A DNA stretch of 64,000 bases from NCBI GenBank assembly GCA_050273025.1, contig CP158635.1, positions 20,894,001 through 20,958,000 on the forward strand, read 5' to 3'. The notes under the pieces were generated by a model. The model saw nothing but the letters and a program-made list of their open reading frames with translations. It did no database searches and was not told the origin of the DNA. A program made the translations under genes and the position numbers. Position 1 is the first letter of the stretch, and every line of letters starts with the position of its first letter. The stretch comes from Cenococcum geophilum. Lineage: Eukaryota. Below, one piece after another: positions 61,854 to 64,000 of this stretch.

Positions 61854-62828
61854 TTACTTCTTTCCCTTCCTCCTCTTCTTCTTCTTCTTCTTTTTCTTCT
61901 TTGCCTCCCCATCCCCCTCCCCTCCCTCCTCCTCCCCACTCCCCTTCCCCTTCTCCTCCCTCGGCCTCCTAAACCGCTTAAAAACCTCCCTCTCAAACCC
62001 CTCCTTCTCCCCCCGAAACAGCGCTATCGCCACCCTCGCATCCTCCACACTCGAATACATCCCACACTAAATCGTTACCCCAAGCACCCTCTCCGCCAGC
62101 TCCCGCAACGCGGGCGTCCTCCCCACGCTTAGCGCCCGAAACCCAGGATACCGCGCCGTATCCCGGACATACCATTTCGGATGCACGAGCAGCAGCGCCG
62201 CGAGATCGTGCCGCAGCGCGTGCCCCACCAGGACCCTGTCCTGCAACAGCGCGGCGACCTCTTGCTAGATAACGGCGAACGGCCGCGCGCCGCTACCGGC
62301 GCGCAGGTGGTGCGGTATGATGCCAGAGATGGGCGTGCGGTAGTCGGTCACGCGGAGGACCGGCTGCACGTAGCTGTCGTAAAGCTGGTGGCCATAGTAG
62401 TTCACCAGCGAGACGCGCGCGAGTTACGAGGAGAAGGAGGGCGCCAGGCCGACACCGACCATTTCGCAGTTAAGCGCGATGTATTTGCTTACTATAGTAG
62501 TAGGGGAGAGGCCCACATTTGGGATGTCGGGGTAGTGGGGGGAGGGGGTTAGGAGAGTAAGCGGGTTAGTGGTAGTATCGTCGTCATTAGTGAGTGCAGA
62601 TGGTGAGATTGGGGTTATAGAGGGTTCCATTTTGCGTTTCTTGGAGGGTGGGAGGGTGGTAGAGGCAGGTTTGGCCAGCTTCACGTCGTTCTGGGGTACT
62701 ACAGTGTGATGCTTAGTCGAGCGCTTTAGCGGGTTCGGGGTTGGTTTTAGAGCATGTGGTTTGGGGGAGTCTTTTTAGAGCGTCCTCTGCAGCTTCTTCC
62801 AGTTGCTAGAGAGGTCCTTAAGGTCCAT
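61854..62828 (-). pseudogene. REX4: RNA exonuclease 4 (DEDDh) pseudogene with RIP stops
   Basis: MDLKDLSSNWKKLQ, KYIAL(N<-D)[42 protein letters not shown] and (H)SSVEDAR, with a K-rich tail. TAA stops at ~62775 and 62424. Confidence 0.9.
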
Positions 62829-62974
62829 AGTGGCATTGCTATGGAGACATTTTTGGTGTTGTTTCTCTAGAGAACGTTTCTTAAAGGTTTAGTAGAAATA
62901 TTTGGAGTCCATACACAGATTGGCAATGTCCTCAGTGTGGCTAACGATATAAACAGCGATCAGAAAACCATAAT

Positions 62975-64000
62975 ATGGCGTCGCGAGGCTGTCTTTCAGC
63001 CTTCTCCACTTGGATTTCGTCAGCTGCTGTGAACTCTCTTCCCTCACAATCACCTCCTCTCAAAATGGCTTCCACTTCTGTCTGGAACCCTAGTCCTCGA
63101 CTGGCAAACAACACTGTCCATCTTGATGATCTACAGATATCGTTCCAGCGCACAGTTCGAGTCCCGGATAACAAGGATACTTCAGCCTTGCCGCCTTCTC
63201 TGGGAGAGTTTCCTCTTTACGAGGTCAAGAACTATGTCAACAAGTTACCAGAGAACATGAGTGCGAAAGGAGGATTATTCATGCCACTCTATCGTAAGTC
63301 TTCTCCTACACTCTACATTACTTAGGCAGCATAGTTGTAGTTCCTGGAGTGGCATCAGTCGAGTTCTGCCCCCTTAGCATATGTCGTAGGCTAGGTTCTT
63401 GAAAGAATGCCCCTCTACCAGTTAGACCATTCTAGACGAGAGACCTTAAAAATCGGTTACGATAGTGATCCTGATATATATCATTTCCCTTTTCTTCCAA
63501 GCCATGACATATACTTCCCTAGTATCATTCTTACCACTGTCCTTACCGATTGAATAGAAAGAGAAGCTATGTGGATACGCTTTCACTCTACACGTACATA
63601 TACCATCAAGATATATGTTGGTGGAGTCAATGCCATTTCTGGAGAACCTGCAGTAGAGACCGCAGCAACAAAATTGCGACGGCAAAATTTACTCCGCCAG
63701 TCTAAGTCCATCCAAGACTACGTTGTCGTTCCAGATCAGCTTTGGCTTGATGGAATTGCCACTAGAGATGGAAATGTTCGACAGTTCGTTGCTATGGCGG
63801 CTGGAACTGGATATTCAGTGGAAGGGCAAGTCACCGGAGAGGAAGCCACCGGTGGACTGCAGTTCGAGATCACTCCTGTTGATGACATGATTGTGATCAA
63901 AATTGAAACAAACGCTTCCCCTCCCCAAACTTTGGCATGTCAAACAAGTAAAAGCGCTTCCCTTTCCACTCTAATGGATAAGCTCCAGGAAGATTTCGAG
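62975..64000 (+). CDS. Conserved fungal hypothetical protein (family often with C-terminal ubiquitin-like domain); intact, incomplete at window end
   Basis: ATG 62975 or 63065, exon to 63293, intron 63294-63557, exon 2 open to the end. Motifs ISFQRTVRVPD..LPPSLGEFPL, QREAMWIRF, YVGGVNAISGE, QDYVVVPDQLWLDGIA and GYSVEGQVTGEE..GGLQFEITP. Confidence 0.85.

Noticed and set aside
60029..62552. Multiple overlapping ORF-track entries on alternative frames and strands
   Set aside because: These are GC-rich shadow ORFs of the CFA synthase and REX4 pseudogenes.

Overview
Filamentous ascomycete (Pezizomycotina) genomic DNA dominated by deeply nested transposons mutated by RIP (repeat-induced point mutation; TpA-rich, C>T/G>A). 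These include one Copia, four Ty3/Gypsy copies, several LINE-related insertions, pogo/Fot1, Tc1 and MULE-like elements; most can be bounded by target-site duplications read directly from the sequence. Only two host genes look intact: an ECM4-like omega-class GST (31066-32415) and a conserved hypothetical gene running off the right end. A ~9 kb block (53.8-62.8 kb) holds RIP-inactivated copies of RNase H2 subunit C, cyclopropane-fatty-acyl synthase, REX4 and a C2H2 gene. The most striking signal is a TSD-bounded LINE-mobilised insertion (16281-29161). Its 5' 1.7 kb is not LINE coding sequence but a hairpin-rich module that starts exactly with an HDV/CPEB3-like ribozyme fold and contains a candidate variant hammerhead ~300 nt downstream. 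Other notable items are a SINE-like retroposon with 13 tandem hairpins, a multi-stem motif shared by the Copia and one Gypsy 3' UTR, and an antisense Zn2Cys6-like gene inside a Gypsy family. All 'de-RIP' reconstructions are manual inferences, and no searches or folding programs were run.
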